NCBI GenBank assembly: GCA_039630415.1
Contig: JBCNVB010000030.1
Location: 1 to 18,180, forward strand
From: a bacterium
Lineage (GTDB): Bacteria > DRYD01
DNA length: 18,180 nucleotides
Direction of reading: 5' to 3'
This document shows positions 1-7,989 of the stretch, piece by piece; the first letter of the stretch is position 1, and each line of letters starts with the position of its first letter. The notes under the pieces were generated by a model, which was not told the origin of the DNA, did not search any database, and worked only from the letters and a program-made list of their open reading frames with translations. The translations under genes and the position numbers were made by a program.

Positions 1-1383
1 TTGTCCTTTGTCAACTTTGAATTCAAATATGTAAGCAGTGTTTTGATGTAAAACAGTTAGATCGATATTACCAGTAGAGGAGGTATCTTCGGCAATAACA
101 TTAAGTCCAGTTGCTACTAGAAAAACATAAAATACGGTACAATAGAAAGCTTCATATTGTGATGTATGGATGTACCATTGGAAAGGTACTTGTGCAAATA
201 GGGTATTTAGAAAGTCAGGTAGATCCTGAAGATTTGAGCTATAGATAATGTCTTTGAGTTTTTTTACAAGCAGGTGAGATTGGGAATAGAAATGGTTTGC
301 GATAAGAGAGTTAAGAGCTATTCTTACTTCTTTATTTGGGTAAGATAGTTCAAAATCAGTCATATCGTTTTGCTTTATTACTTGTTTGATGGTAAGATAT
401 CCAGATTGGAAGAGTAGTGCTTCGGGTAGGATGGTTTCTATGTCGAAAAGGGAAAGGAGTTGTTCAGTTGAATAGGTTTTTTCGAGTTGAGGGATGTAGA
501 ATTGTTTTTGTTGAAGGATTTTGATGAGAAAGGAGGGAGTACCTGTTTCGAACCAATAGTTTCTAAAGTCTCTCTTTTGAAGGTAAAGCAGGACATCAAA
601 GGGGTTATAGACATTTTCACCGAGCCAACTATAACCATTATACCATTCTTTGATAAGTTCTAACTCTTGATTAGATATAAGGTGTCCGAAGGTAAGAATA
701 AGTTCGTGTTGGGTGTATCCACAAATGGTAGAGTACTCTTTATCAAGAGAGATGTCATTTAGTTGGTTAAGTCCGCTAAAGAGAGAGACTTTGGCAAATT
801 TGGAAATACCGGTGATAAAGACAAATTTGAGATATTTGTCAAGAGATTTTATAGTTTGATAAAGCCCTTTGAGGATTTCCCTAATTTCTTTGGCATTGTC
901 TGGGTTTTCGATGTTGTCAAGTATGGGTTTGTCATATTCATCAACCAATAAAACTACTTGTTTGTTAAATTTGAAGTATAGTTTTTCGATGAGTTCTTTG
1001 AATCGTCTAAAAAAGAGTTCTTCGTGAAGTTGTATGTTGAAAATAAGGGAGTATTGGTTAAGATATGAGAATATGTAAGAGAGTAATTCTTGTGGTTTTT
1101 TAATGATGCCTTCGTCGAAGAAAAGTCTGATAACGGGGAAGGTTTGATTCCAGTTCCAATTGTTTTCCAAAAACAGTCCTTGGAACAGTTCTTTTTTTCC
1201 TTCAAAAGCACATTTGATAGTATCCAAAAAAAGAGATTTACCGAATCTGCGAGGGCGGGATAAAAAATAATAGCTACCTTGATCAGCTAGTTTTCTGATA
1301 AAATGAGTTTTATCAACATAATAGTAGTTATCTGATCTGATTTTTTCAAAGGAGCTGACACCAATGGGAAGCTTTTTGTTCAT
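1..1383 (-). CDS. AAA-ATPase-like / PD-(D/E)XK nuclease protein, paralog 1 (3' end runs off the window)
   Basis: Not in the ORF track; translated by hand. ATG at 1383 gives MNKKLPIGVSSFEKIRSDNYYYVDKT, Walker A RPRRFGKS and Walker B LLVDEYDKP. Positions 1-36 read AYIFEFKVDKGQ in the same frame as the start (461 codons, versus 460 to the same point in paralog 2). No stops in the segments translated. Confidence 0.9.
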   Translation of the reverse strand, partial: MNKKLPIGVSSFEKIRSDNYYYVDKTHFIRKLADQGSYYFLSRPRRFGKSLFLDTIKCAFEGKKELFQGLFLENNWNWNQTFPVIRLFFDEGIIKKPQELLSYIFSYLNQYSLIFNIQLHEELFFRRFKELIEKLYFKFNKQVVLLVDEYDKPILDNIENPDNAKEIREILKGLYQTIKSLDKYLKFVFITGISKFAKVSLFSGLNQLNDISLDKEYSTICGYTQHELILTFGHLISNQELELIKEWYNGYSWLGENVYNPFDVLLYLQKRDFRNYWFETGTPSFLIKILQQKQFYIPQLEKTYSTEQLLSLFDIETILPEALLFQSGYLTIKQVIKQNDMTDFELSYPNKEVRIALNSLIANHFYSQSHLLVKKLKDIIYSSNLQDLPDFLNTLFAQVPFQWYIHTSQYEAFYCTVFYVFLVATGLNVIAEDTSSTGNIDLTVLHQNTAYIFEFKVDKGQ

Positions 1384-1433
1384 AAAGATAAATTATGCAT
1401 AGCTTATTTTTATTCCTTGTATGGCAAATGAAT

Positions 1434-2945
1434 TTATTTTAATTGCACCATCTGGAAAGATTTGACTGTTTTAGAAGTAGAATCAACAACTATTCCGATT
1501 CCAAATACATTTTGATAATGTAAGTATTTGTTGGGGTACTGTTTGGATAAGATTTGTTCAATAGGTTGTCCTTTATCCACTTTGAATTCGAATATGTAAG
1601 CGGTATTTTGATGTAATATGGTAAGATCAATATTACCTGTGGAAGAAGTATCTTCAGCAATAACATTAAGTCCGGTTGCTACCAGAAAAACGTAAAATAT
1701 AGTACAATAGAAAGCTTCATACTGACAAGTTCGAGTGTACCATTGGAAAGGTATTTGAGCAAATAGTGTGTTGAGAAATGCCGGTAGTTGATCAAGTTGT
1801 GAGTTGTAGAATATCATCTTAAGATTTTTCACTAGCAGGTGAGAATCGGAGTAGAAATGGTTGGCAATTAGTGTATTAAGGGCTATTCTTACCTCTTTAT
1901 TTGGATAAGATAGTTCAAATTCTGTTATATCCTCAAATTTGATTGTTTGCTTGATGGTTAGGTAGCCAGATTGAAATAATAAAGCTTCGGGTAGGACGGT
2001 TTCTATATCAAACAGAGAAAGGAGTTGCTCAGTAGAGTAGGTTTTTTCCAGTCTTGGAATATAGAATTCTTTTTGTTGAAGGATTTTGATGAGAAAGGAG
2101 GGAGTACCTGTTTCAAACCAATAGTTTCTAAAGTCTCTTTTTTGAAGGTAGAGCAAAACATCAAAGGGGTTATAAACGTTTTCACCAAGCCAATTATAAC
2201 CATTATACCATTCTCTTATTGAGTCGAGTTCTTTGCTGTATACTAGATGCCTAAAAGTGTTTATCAATTCGTCTTCGGTGTATCCGCAAATGGTAGAGAA
2301 TTCTTTATCAAGAGAGATATCATTCAGTTGGTTGAGTCCACTAAAGAGAGAGACTTTTGCGAATTTGGAGATGCCAGTAATAAAAACGAACTTGAGATAT
2401 TTATCGAGATATTTGACTGTTTGATAGAAACCTTTGAGAACTTCTCTTATTTCTTTTGCTATTTGAGGGTTTTCTATGTGGTCTAAGATGGGTTTATCAT
2501 ATTCGTCTACGAGAAGAACTATTTGTTTACCTGTTTTATTGTATAGATTTTCGAATAATTCAAAGTTACGTTCACCTACATGTTGTGATGTGATAGTTAT
2601 TTGATAAAAAGAGGCCCAGTAATTTTGACGAGACTTTAAGAAGTTTTTGAGTTCAAGTGAGTTTTCGAAGAAAGTATCAAAAGAGAGTCTGATAGTAGGG
2701 TATTGGTATTCCCAATCCCAGTTATGTTCCAAAAAAAGCCCATGGAATAATTCTTTTTTCCCTTCGAAAGCACATTTGATGGTGTCTAAAAAAAGAGATT
2801 TACCGAATCTGCGAGGGCGGGAAAGAAAATAGTATTTTCCTTGATCTGTAAGTTTTTTGACAAAGTAAGTTTTATCAACGTAGTAGTAGTTACCAGTTCT
2901 GATTTCTTCAAAAGAGCTGATCCCAATAGGTAGTTTCCTGTTCAC
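1434..2945 (-). CDS. AAA-ATPase-like (PF09820-type) protein with C-terminal PD-(D/E)XK nuclease domain (PF08011-type), paralog 2
   Basis: 503 aa, GTG start. Family-typical motifs: LPIGISSFEEIR..YYYVDKT, RPRRFGKS, LLVDEYDKP, FITGISKF, SGLNQL, WYNGY, YNPF, YWFETGTP, LFQSGYLTI, YPNKEV, and nuclease motif E..GNIDL..IFEFK. Confidence 0.92.
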   Translation of the reverse strand: MNRKLPIGISSFEEIRTGNYYYVDKTYFVKKLTDQGKYYFLSRPRRFGKSLFLDTIKCAFEGKKELFHGLFLEHNWDWEYQYPTIRLSFDTFFENSLELKNFLKSRQNYWASFYQITITSQHVGERNFELFENLYNKTGKQIVLLVDEYDKPILDHIENPQIAKEIREVLKGFYQTVKYLDKYLKFVFITGISKFAKVSLFSGLNQLNDISLDKEFSTICGYTEDELINTFRHLVYSKELDSIREWYNGYNWLGENVYNPFDVLLYLQKRDFRNYWFETGTPSFLIKILQQKEFYIPRLEKTYSTEQLLSLFDIETVLPEALLFQSGYLTIKQTIKFEDITEFELSYPNKEVRIALNTLIANHFYSDSHLLVKNLKMIFYNSQLDQLPAFLNTLFAQIPFQWYTRTCQYEAFYCTIFYVFLVATGLNVIAEDTSSTGNIDLTILHQNTAYIFEFKVDKGQPIEQILSKQYPNKYLHYQNVFGIGIVVDSTSKTVKSFQMVQLK

Positions 2946-3079
2946 AGAGATAAATTAGGTTAGGATAATTTTGCTTCCTTCAAAAAAATTTCCAAACGAA
3001 AGTTTTTACAAACGAAAGTTTTTACAAACAGGAGGTTTGACGCAGTACAAGTTTAAATGTGCCAAAGAAGAATTTGAAC
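2946..3079. repeat. Duplicated upstream element of paralog 2 (copy A)
   Basis: Near-identical to 4705-4839 at an offset of about 1760 bp; contains caaacgaaagttttta twice plus degenerate units. Confidence 0.9.
2993..3056. repeat. 16-bp tandem repeat: 2 exact and 2 degenerate units
   Basis: caaacgaaagttttta | caaacgaaagttttta | caaacaggaggtttga | cgcagtacaagtttaa. Confidence 0.8.
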
Positions 3080-3186
3080 TTTTATAACAATTAACAGCTG
3101 TTTATGTGGATAAGTTTAAACATGCCAGAGTGTGTTAAAGAGTGATAAAAGAGTGATAATAAGTAGCACGATTGGGACTGAGGGTT

Positions 3187-4704
3187 TTATTTTATTTGCT
3201 TAATTTGAAAAAATTTAACACCTCTGGATGAAGAGTCAACTACTATTCCAATTACATAGACTTTTTGGTAATGTAAGTATTTGTTGAAATACTGTTTAGA
3301 TAGAATTTGCTCAATAGGTTGTCCTTTGTCCACTTTGAACTCAAAAACATAAGCTGTATTTTGATGCAAAATCGTCAAATCTATGCTGCCGGTAGAAGAG
3401 GTATCTTCTGCTATGACATTAAGTCCTGTAGATACCAAGAAAACATAAAATACTGTACAGTAAAAAGCTTCATATTGACTCATATGAGTATACCATTGAA
3501 AAGGTACTTGAGCAAACAGCGTATTGAGAAAAGTTGGTAGTTGATCAATTTGCAAGTTGTGAAAAATCATTTTAAGATTTTTGACTAATGTATGTGAATC
3601 GTGATAAAAATGGTTAGCAATAAGCGTATTTAGAGCTATTTTTACTTCCTTGTTTGGATAGGATAGCTCGAATTCCGTTATATCTTCGAACTTTATCGCT
3701 TGTTTGATAGTTAAGTATCCCGATTGAAAAAGTAAAGCTTCAGGAACAATAGTTTCAATATCAAATAAAGAAAGTAATTGTTCAGTTGAGTAAGTTTTTT
3801 CTAGTTTTGGTATATAAAATTGTTTCTGTTGAAGAACTTTGATGAGAAAAGAAGGAGTACCCGTTTCAAACCAGTAGTTTCTAAAATCTCTCTTTTGAAG
3901 ATAAAGCAAGACATCAAAAGGGTTGTAAACATTTTCACCAAGCCAACTATAACCGTTATACCATTGCTTTATCAACTCTAACTCTTTATTATCAATTAAA
4001 TGACCGAAAGTGTTAGTTAGTTCATCTTGAGTATATCCACAGATAGTAGAATACTCCTTGTCAAGAGATATGTCATTTAGTTGATTGAGTCCACTAAAGA
4101 GGGAAACTTTTGCAAATTTTGAGATTCCTGTTATGAAAACAAATTTTAGATATTTGTCAAGTGGTTTAATTGTTTGATAGAAAGCTTTAAGGGTTTCTCT
4201 GATGTGCAAAGCTAGTTGGGGATTTTCTATGTTATCTAGTATCGGTTTATCATACTCATCAACCAGTAAAACTACTTGCTTAGAGTATTTATTGTAGATT
4301 TGAATGATAAGTTGTTCAAAAGCGAACTGGTAGTCGTTGTAATGATTTGGCTTTGGTAGTTGGAATAATTGAAAATAGAAATCTAGATTTTGAAGAATTT
4401 TGTTGATAAGGTCATTAGAATCGAATACTCGTTTGGAAAAGTCAATTCTGATTACGGGGAAGGATATGTTCCAGTCCCAATTTTTTTCTAAAAAAAGGTT
4501 CTGAAAAAGTTCTTTTTTCGTTTCGAAAGCGCATTTGATAGTATCCAAAAAAAGAGATTTACCAAATCTACGTGGACGGGAAAGAAAATAATACTTCCCC
4601 TGGTCTACTAGTTTTCTGATAAAATGTGTTTTGTCAACATAGTAGTAATTGCTAGTTCTAATTTCTTCAAAAGAGCTGATACCAATAGGTAGCTTCCTAT
4701 TCAC
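3187..4704 (-). CDS. AAA-ATPase-like protein with C-terminal PD-(D/E)XK nuclease domain, paralog 3
   Basis: 505 aa, GTG start. Same motif set as paralog 2 (RPRRFGKS, LLVDEYDKP, GSIDL..VFEFK). Confidence 0.92.
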   Translation of the reverse strand: MNRKLPIGISSFEEIRTSNYYYVDKTHFIRKLVDQGKYYFLSRPRRFGKSLFLDTIKCAFETKKELFQNLFLEKNWDWNISFPVIRIDFSKRVFDSNDLINKILQNLDFYFQLFQLPKPNHYNDYQFAFEQLIIQIYNKYSKQVVLLVDEYDKPILDNIENPQLALHIRETLKAFYQTIKPLDKYLKFVFITGISKFAKVSLFSGLNQLNDISLDKEYSTICGYTQDELTNTFGHLIDNKELELIKQWYNGYSWLGENVYNPFDVLLYLQKRDFRNYWFETGTPSFLIKVLQQKQFYIPKLEKTYSTEQLLSLFDIETIVPEALLFQSGYLTIKQAIKFEDITEFELSYPNKEVKIALNTLIANHFYHDSHTLVKNLKMIFHNLQIDQLPTFLNTLFAQVPFQWYTHMSQYEAFYCTVFYVFLVSTGLNVIAEDTSSTGSIDLTILHQNTAYVFEFKVDKGQPIEQILSKQYFNKYLHYQKVYVIGIVVDSSSRGVKFFQIKQIK

Positions 4705-4716
4705 AAAGATAAATTA
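4705..4716 (-). promoter_or_regulatory. Putative -10 box directly before the start codon (leaderless-type); same motif at 2946-2957 and 1384-1395
   Basis: TAATTT-ATCT(C/T)T-start codon in all three paralogs; fits TANNNT + 6 nt; no Shine-Dalgarno sequence. Confidence 0.4.
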
Positions 4717-4752
4717 GGTCTACATAATTTTGATCCCTTCAAAAAAATTTTC

Positions 4753-4816
4753 CAAACGAAAGTTTTTACAAACGAAAGTTTTTACACACAGGAGGTTTGA
4801 CGCAACACAGGTTTAA
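4753..4816. repeat. 16-bp tandem repeat: 2 exact and 2 degenerate units
   Basis: caaacgaaagttttta | caaacgaaagttttta | cacacaggaggtttga | cgcaacacaggtttaa. Confidence 0.8.
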
Positions 4817-4916
4817 ATGTGCCAAAGAGGAATTTAAACGAAAGAAATTTAAACGTATAGATAATTTGTATGAAACTAAAGAAGGTATTTAGTGAAGGAG
4901 GAAGAAGGATATAGAT

Positions 4917-5177
4917 ATGGACAAACTAGGTGACCTTTATTCCAGAGGTTGGGCTCTAGAAGATCAAAAGTTAGTGAAAAACTTCGTATTTAACAATTTC
5001 AAAGAAGTTGTTCTATTTTTCAATGCTATTGCATATCTGGCTGAAAAGTATAACCATCATCCCGATCTGGTTATAGGATATAAAAAATGTCAAGTAACTC
5101 TATTTACCCACTCCGAAGGTAAAGTAACTGATAAAGATATAGAACTCGCTCTTAAAATAGAAGAATTGGTAAGTTAA
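4917..5177 (+). CDS. phhB: Pterin-4-alpha-carbinolamine dehydratase
   Basis: 86 aa with F.F.NF, AEKYNHHPDL signature and TH..G.VT.KDIELA; purine-rich SD-like sequence upstream. Confidence 0.9.
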   Translation: MDKLGDLYSRGWALEDQKLVKNFVFNNFKEVVLFFNAIAYLAEKYNHHPDLVIGYKKCQVTLFTHSEGKVTDKDIELALKIEELVS

Positions 5178-5188
5178 AAATTTTTCGC

Positions 5189-6541
5189 TTAGGACTTTGG
5201 CGAATAACTGAACATTTTATAAGCTACCAACCCACTAAGCATAATACCCACACCTATTAGCGTTTCTATAGGATTACTTATAAGAGTATAGAACAAGAAC
5301 AAGAAAGTTGATATTAAATAAGCCAAAGTAGTGAAAGGATATAACCAAGTTTTGAAAGGTCTTTCTTGATTGGGATTTCTAATTCTCAAAACCATTACTG
5401 CCAGAACAGTTAGAAAATTAAAACCTATGGAAGCAAAGGTTACATAGGTTAGCAGTGAACTGTAGTTTCCCAGCAGGATTAGAATTGATATCCAAATAGC
5501 CTGAAATATCAGAGCTGTATGGGGAGTTTGGTATATAGGATGCTCTCTTGAGAAAATTGAGAAAAATAGCCTATCTACTGCTAAGGCATAAATTAGTCTA
5601 GAACTAGTTAAGATTAATCCATTATTGCATCCGACGGTAGATATAATTATACCCATTGAGATGAAGTATACGCCAAATAGAGGGAAAAGAATTTTAGCTG
5701 TTTGTTCAGCGACCTTATTATCTGGTGAGTTTGCTACTTGACTTACACCTAAGACATAAAAGTAGCATGCTGTTGTTAGGACGTATATCAGGGTGGTTAT
5801 GGCTGTTCCGATTACCATTGCCAATGGTATTGTTTTGTGAGGATTCCTTATTTCGTGGGATATGTAGGTTAGATAATACCACGCGTCATACGCAAAGAAA
5901 ACTTTCGACAAACTCCAAGCAAATACCATAAGCATCAAATTAATGTTATCAAACTCAACTTTGGAAGATGTGAGATTAACAAAACTACCTTTTTCATATG
6001 CAAAACCTGCAATAAGTAGGACAAGTATAACTAAGACTTTAGAAATAGTGAATATGTTTTGTACGATTGTACCTGCCTTTAAACCCAGAATATTGATATA
6101 AGTAAGTATGATTATTGAGAGAATTGCTACTATTTGTGCTGTGTTGATTTTGATGATTTTCAGATCAAGTAGGATATTTTGTTCGGATATTAGGGGTAGG
6201 AAGGTGCCTAGGTACTTGGCTGTAGCAATAGCTACTGCGGCTATGGTACCCGCTTGTATAACAAAAAAACTTGTCCATACGAAAAGAAACCCTATTGATT
6301 TTCCATACGTTTCTCTAAGATAGGCATACTGTCCACCTTGTTGGGGAAACATTGAGGCTAACTCTGCGTAGTTTATTGCTCCGAGGGTTGTTATAATACC
6401 TGCTATTATCCATATGAGAGTTACGGTCATCCCGTCGGGGATTTTAGTTGCTACGATTGAAGGGACGAGGAATATCCCCGACCCTATCATTGAACCCACA
6501 ACTATAAATATCGAATCTAAAAGCCCTATTTTATATCTCAA
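5189..6541 (-). CDS. APC-superfamily amino acid permease
   Basis: 450 aa, many TM segments; VGSMIGSGIF, YAELASMFPQQGGQYAYL, FAYDAW, EIRNP.K.IP, RPFKTW. TTG start overlaps the glgA stop. Confidence 0.92.
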   Translation of the reverse strand: MRYKIGLLDSIFIVVGSMIGSGIFLVPSIVATKIPDGMTVTLIWIIAGIITTLGAINYAELASMFPQQGGQYAYLRETYGKSIGFLFVWTSFFVIQAGTIAAVAIATAKYLGTFLPLISEQNILLDLKIIKINTAQIVAILSIIILTYINILGLKAGTIVQNIFTISKVLVILVLLIAGFAYEKGSFVNLTSSKVEFDNINLMLMVFAWSLSKVFFAYDAWYYLTYISHEIRNPHKTIPLAMVIGTAITTLIYVLTTACYFYVLGVSQVANSPDNKVAEQTAKILFPLFGVYFISMGIIISTVGCNNGLILTSSRLIYALAVDRLFFSIFSREHPIYQTPHTALIFQAIWISILILLGNYSSLLTYVTFASIGFNFLTVLAVMVLRIRNPNQERPFKTWLYPFTTLAYLISTFLFLFYTLISNPIETLIGVGIMLSGLVAYKMFSYSPKS

Positions 6542-7949
6542 CTGCTACGCTCCTATACATCTTAAGGTATTCTTGTGCGCTTCTATTCCAGCTGTAATCC
6601 AACTCTACTATTCTTTCTCTTATTTGGTATAGTTTTTCTTTTGGTAGTTGGATTGCTTTTTTGAGAGCTTGTGCTAGTTGTTGAGGATCTGCTTGATCTA
6701 TCAGTATTCCTGTTCCGTGAGTTGGATTTTCAAATATGTCTATTATACTATCTTTGAGTCCTCCGGTTTTGGTTGCTATGGGTATTGTTCCGTATCTGTA
6801 GGATATCATTTGTGATAGTCCACATGGTTCGAAACGTGAGGGGATTATGAAAAAGTCTGATGAAGCATATATTTTCCTTGCTAATGACTCGTCAAAAGAT
6901 ATGGTTACACTTATGTAGTCAGGATATTTTTGAGCTAGTTGAAGGATGTTATTTTGGATTTCTGGATTACCTGTTCCTAGGACTACTAGATTGAATGTTG
7001 AGGGTTCCAGACTTTCTATTGCTTGAGATAGTATGTCAAAACCCTTTTGATAATCCAATCTTGCTACTATTCCGAACAGTATATTTGCATTTTTGAGCTT
7101 CAGTTCTTCGAGTAATTTAGTTTTGTTTAGATTTTTACCTTCATGTAGATTATTTTTGGAGTAGTTTTGGTAGAGATTTTTATCTTTTTCGGGATTCCAT
7201 AGATCGTAATCTATACCATTGAGAATTCCTATTAACTTATGGGAGTTTTGTTTGAGAATATTTTCCAAACCCATTCCGAATTGGCTGAAATTTTGGATTT
7301 CGTATGCATAGGTTGGGCTGACTGTGGAGATTATGTCTGCTAATTGTATTGAAGCCTTCATTAGATTTATTTTACCGTAGTAATCCCCTTCGGAAAATAG
7401 AATTTCTTTTTCTTTGTTATCTTGAATAAATTCAAATTGGTGTTTTTCGAATATGCCTTGATAAGCCATGTTATGAATTGTGAAGATTGTTTTTAAATTT
7501 TTGAGCTTAGCGGTTACTACTGCGAAAGAGGTATGCCAATCGTTACAGTGGACTATATCATGATCTTGCACCATTTCTATTGCTGCTTTTGAGAAAACAT
7601 AATATCTGATTGCTTCGTCTGGATAGGGTTTACCCTGTTTGTCTAGATATATTCCTTCTCTTTCGAAGAGTTCTTTGTTGTATACCAAAAGAATGTTTAC
7701 ATCTTGGATTTTGGTTGAGTAAATGTCTACGTTGTAGTTAAGGATTTGGATAGTTTTGACTAGTGTGGGGGTTAGATTTGAATCGGTGAATTTTTTGTAG
7801 AAGTTATGTGTTAATTGACCGTAGTATGGGGTGACAACTGTTATAGGTAAGTATTTTTGTAAACTTAAGGGTAGTGAACCTATAACGTCAGCTAACCCTC
7901 CTACTTTTGAAAATGGTACCATTTCGGTTGAGATTATGGCTACTTTCAT
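6531..7949 (-). CDS. glgA: Glycogen/starch synthase (GT5)
   Basis: 472 aa; E..PFSKVGGLADV (KxGGL), HCNDWHT, FTIHNMAYQG, TVSPTYA.EI, GILNGID, PSRFEPCGLSQM, TGGL.DS. SD AAGGAGG at 7958-7964. Confidence 0.95.
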   Translation of the reverse strand: MKVAIISTEMVPFSKVGGLADVIGSLPLSLQKYLPITVVTPYYGQLTHNFYKKFTDSNLTPTLVKTIQILNYNVDIYSTKIQDVNILLVYNKELFEREGIYLDKQGKPYPDEAIRYYVFSKAAIEMVQDHDIVHCNDWHTSFAVVTAKLKNLKTIFTIHNMAYQGIFEKHQFEFIQDNKEKEILFSEGDYYGKINLMKASIQLADIISTVSPTYAYEIQNFSQFGMGLENILKQNSHKLIGILNGIDYDLWNPEKDKNLYQNYSKNNLHEGKNLNKTKLLEELKLKNANILFGIVARLDYQKGFDILSQAIESLEPSTFNLVVLGTGNPEIQNNILQLAQKYPDYISVTISFDESLARKIYASSDFFIIPSRFEPCGLSQMISYRYGTIPIATKTGGLKDSIIDIFENPTHGTGILIDQADPQQLAQALKKAIQLPKEKLYQIRERIVELDYSWNRSAQEYLKMYRSVAVEI

Positions 7950-7989
7950 GGTTTTTTCCTCCTTGGTTTGTGTTTTATTTGTATTTGGG

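Larger units (their letters stand above)
4705..4839. repeat. Duplicated upstream element of paralog 3 (copy B)
   Basis: Near-identical to 2946-3079 (shared cttcaaaaaaattt, the 16-mer pair, acaggaggtttgacgca, gtttaaatgtgccaaaga). Confidence 0.9.

Noticed and set aside
1-1383. Paralog 1 as a pseudogene, since the ORF track shows only small fragments
   Set aside because: Its start and final visible codons are in frame with the expected length, and the segments translated have no stops. It is probably missing from the track because its stop lies outside the window.
2993-3056. CRISPR mini-array (GAAA/GTTT-containing repeats)
   Set aside because: The units are 16 bp, directly adjacent, with no spacers and no cas genes.
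438-3540. Short ORFs such as 438-638, 763-951, 954-1211, 2003-2203, 2025-2222, 2233-2424, 2247-2486, 2647-2832 and 3307-3540
   Set aside because: Alternate-frame or antisense shadows of the ATPase genes; their mutual similarity only reflects the duplication.
1191-4497. A/T homopolymer runs of 7-8 nt as phase-variation tracts
   Set aside because: Expected at this AT content, and the reading frames are intact.
2946-4839. Integron cassette array or IS-flanked unit
   Set aside because: No attC-like long imperfect palindrome, integrase, transposase, terminal inverted repeats or target-site duplication seen.
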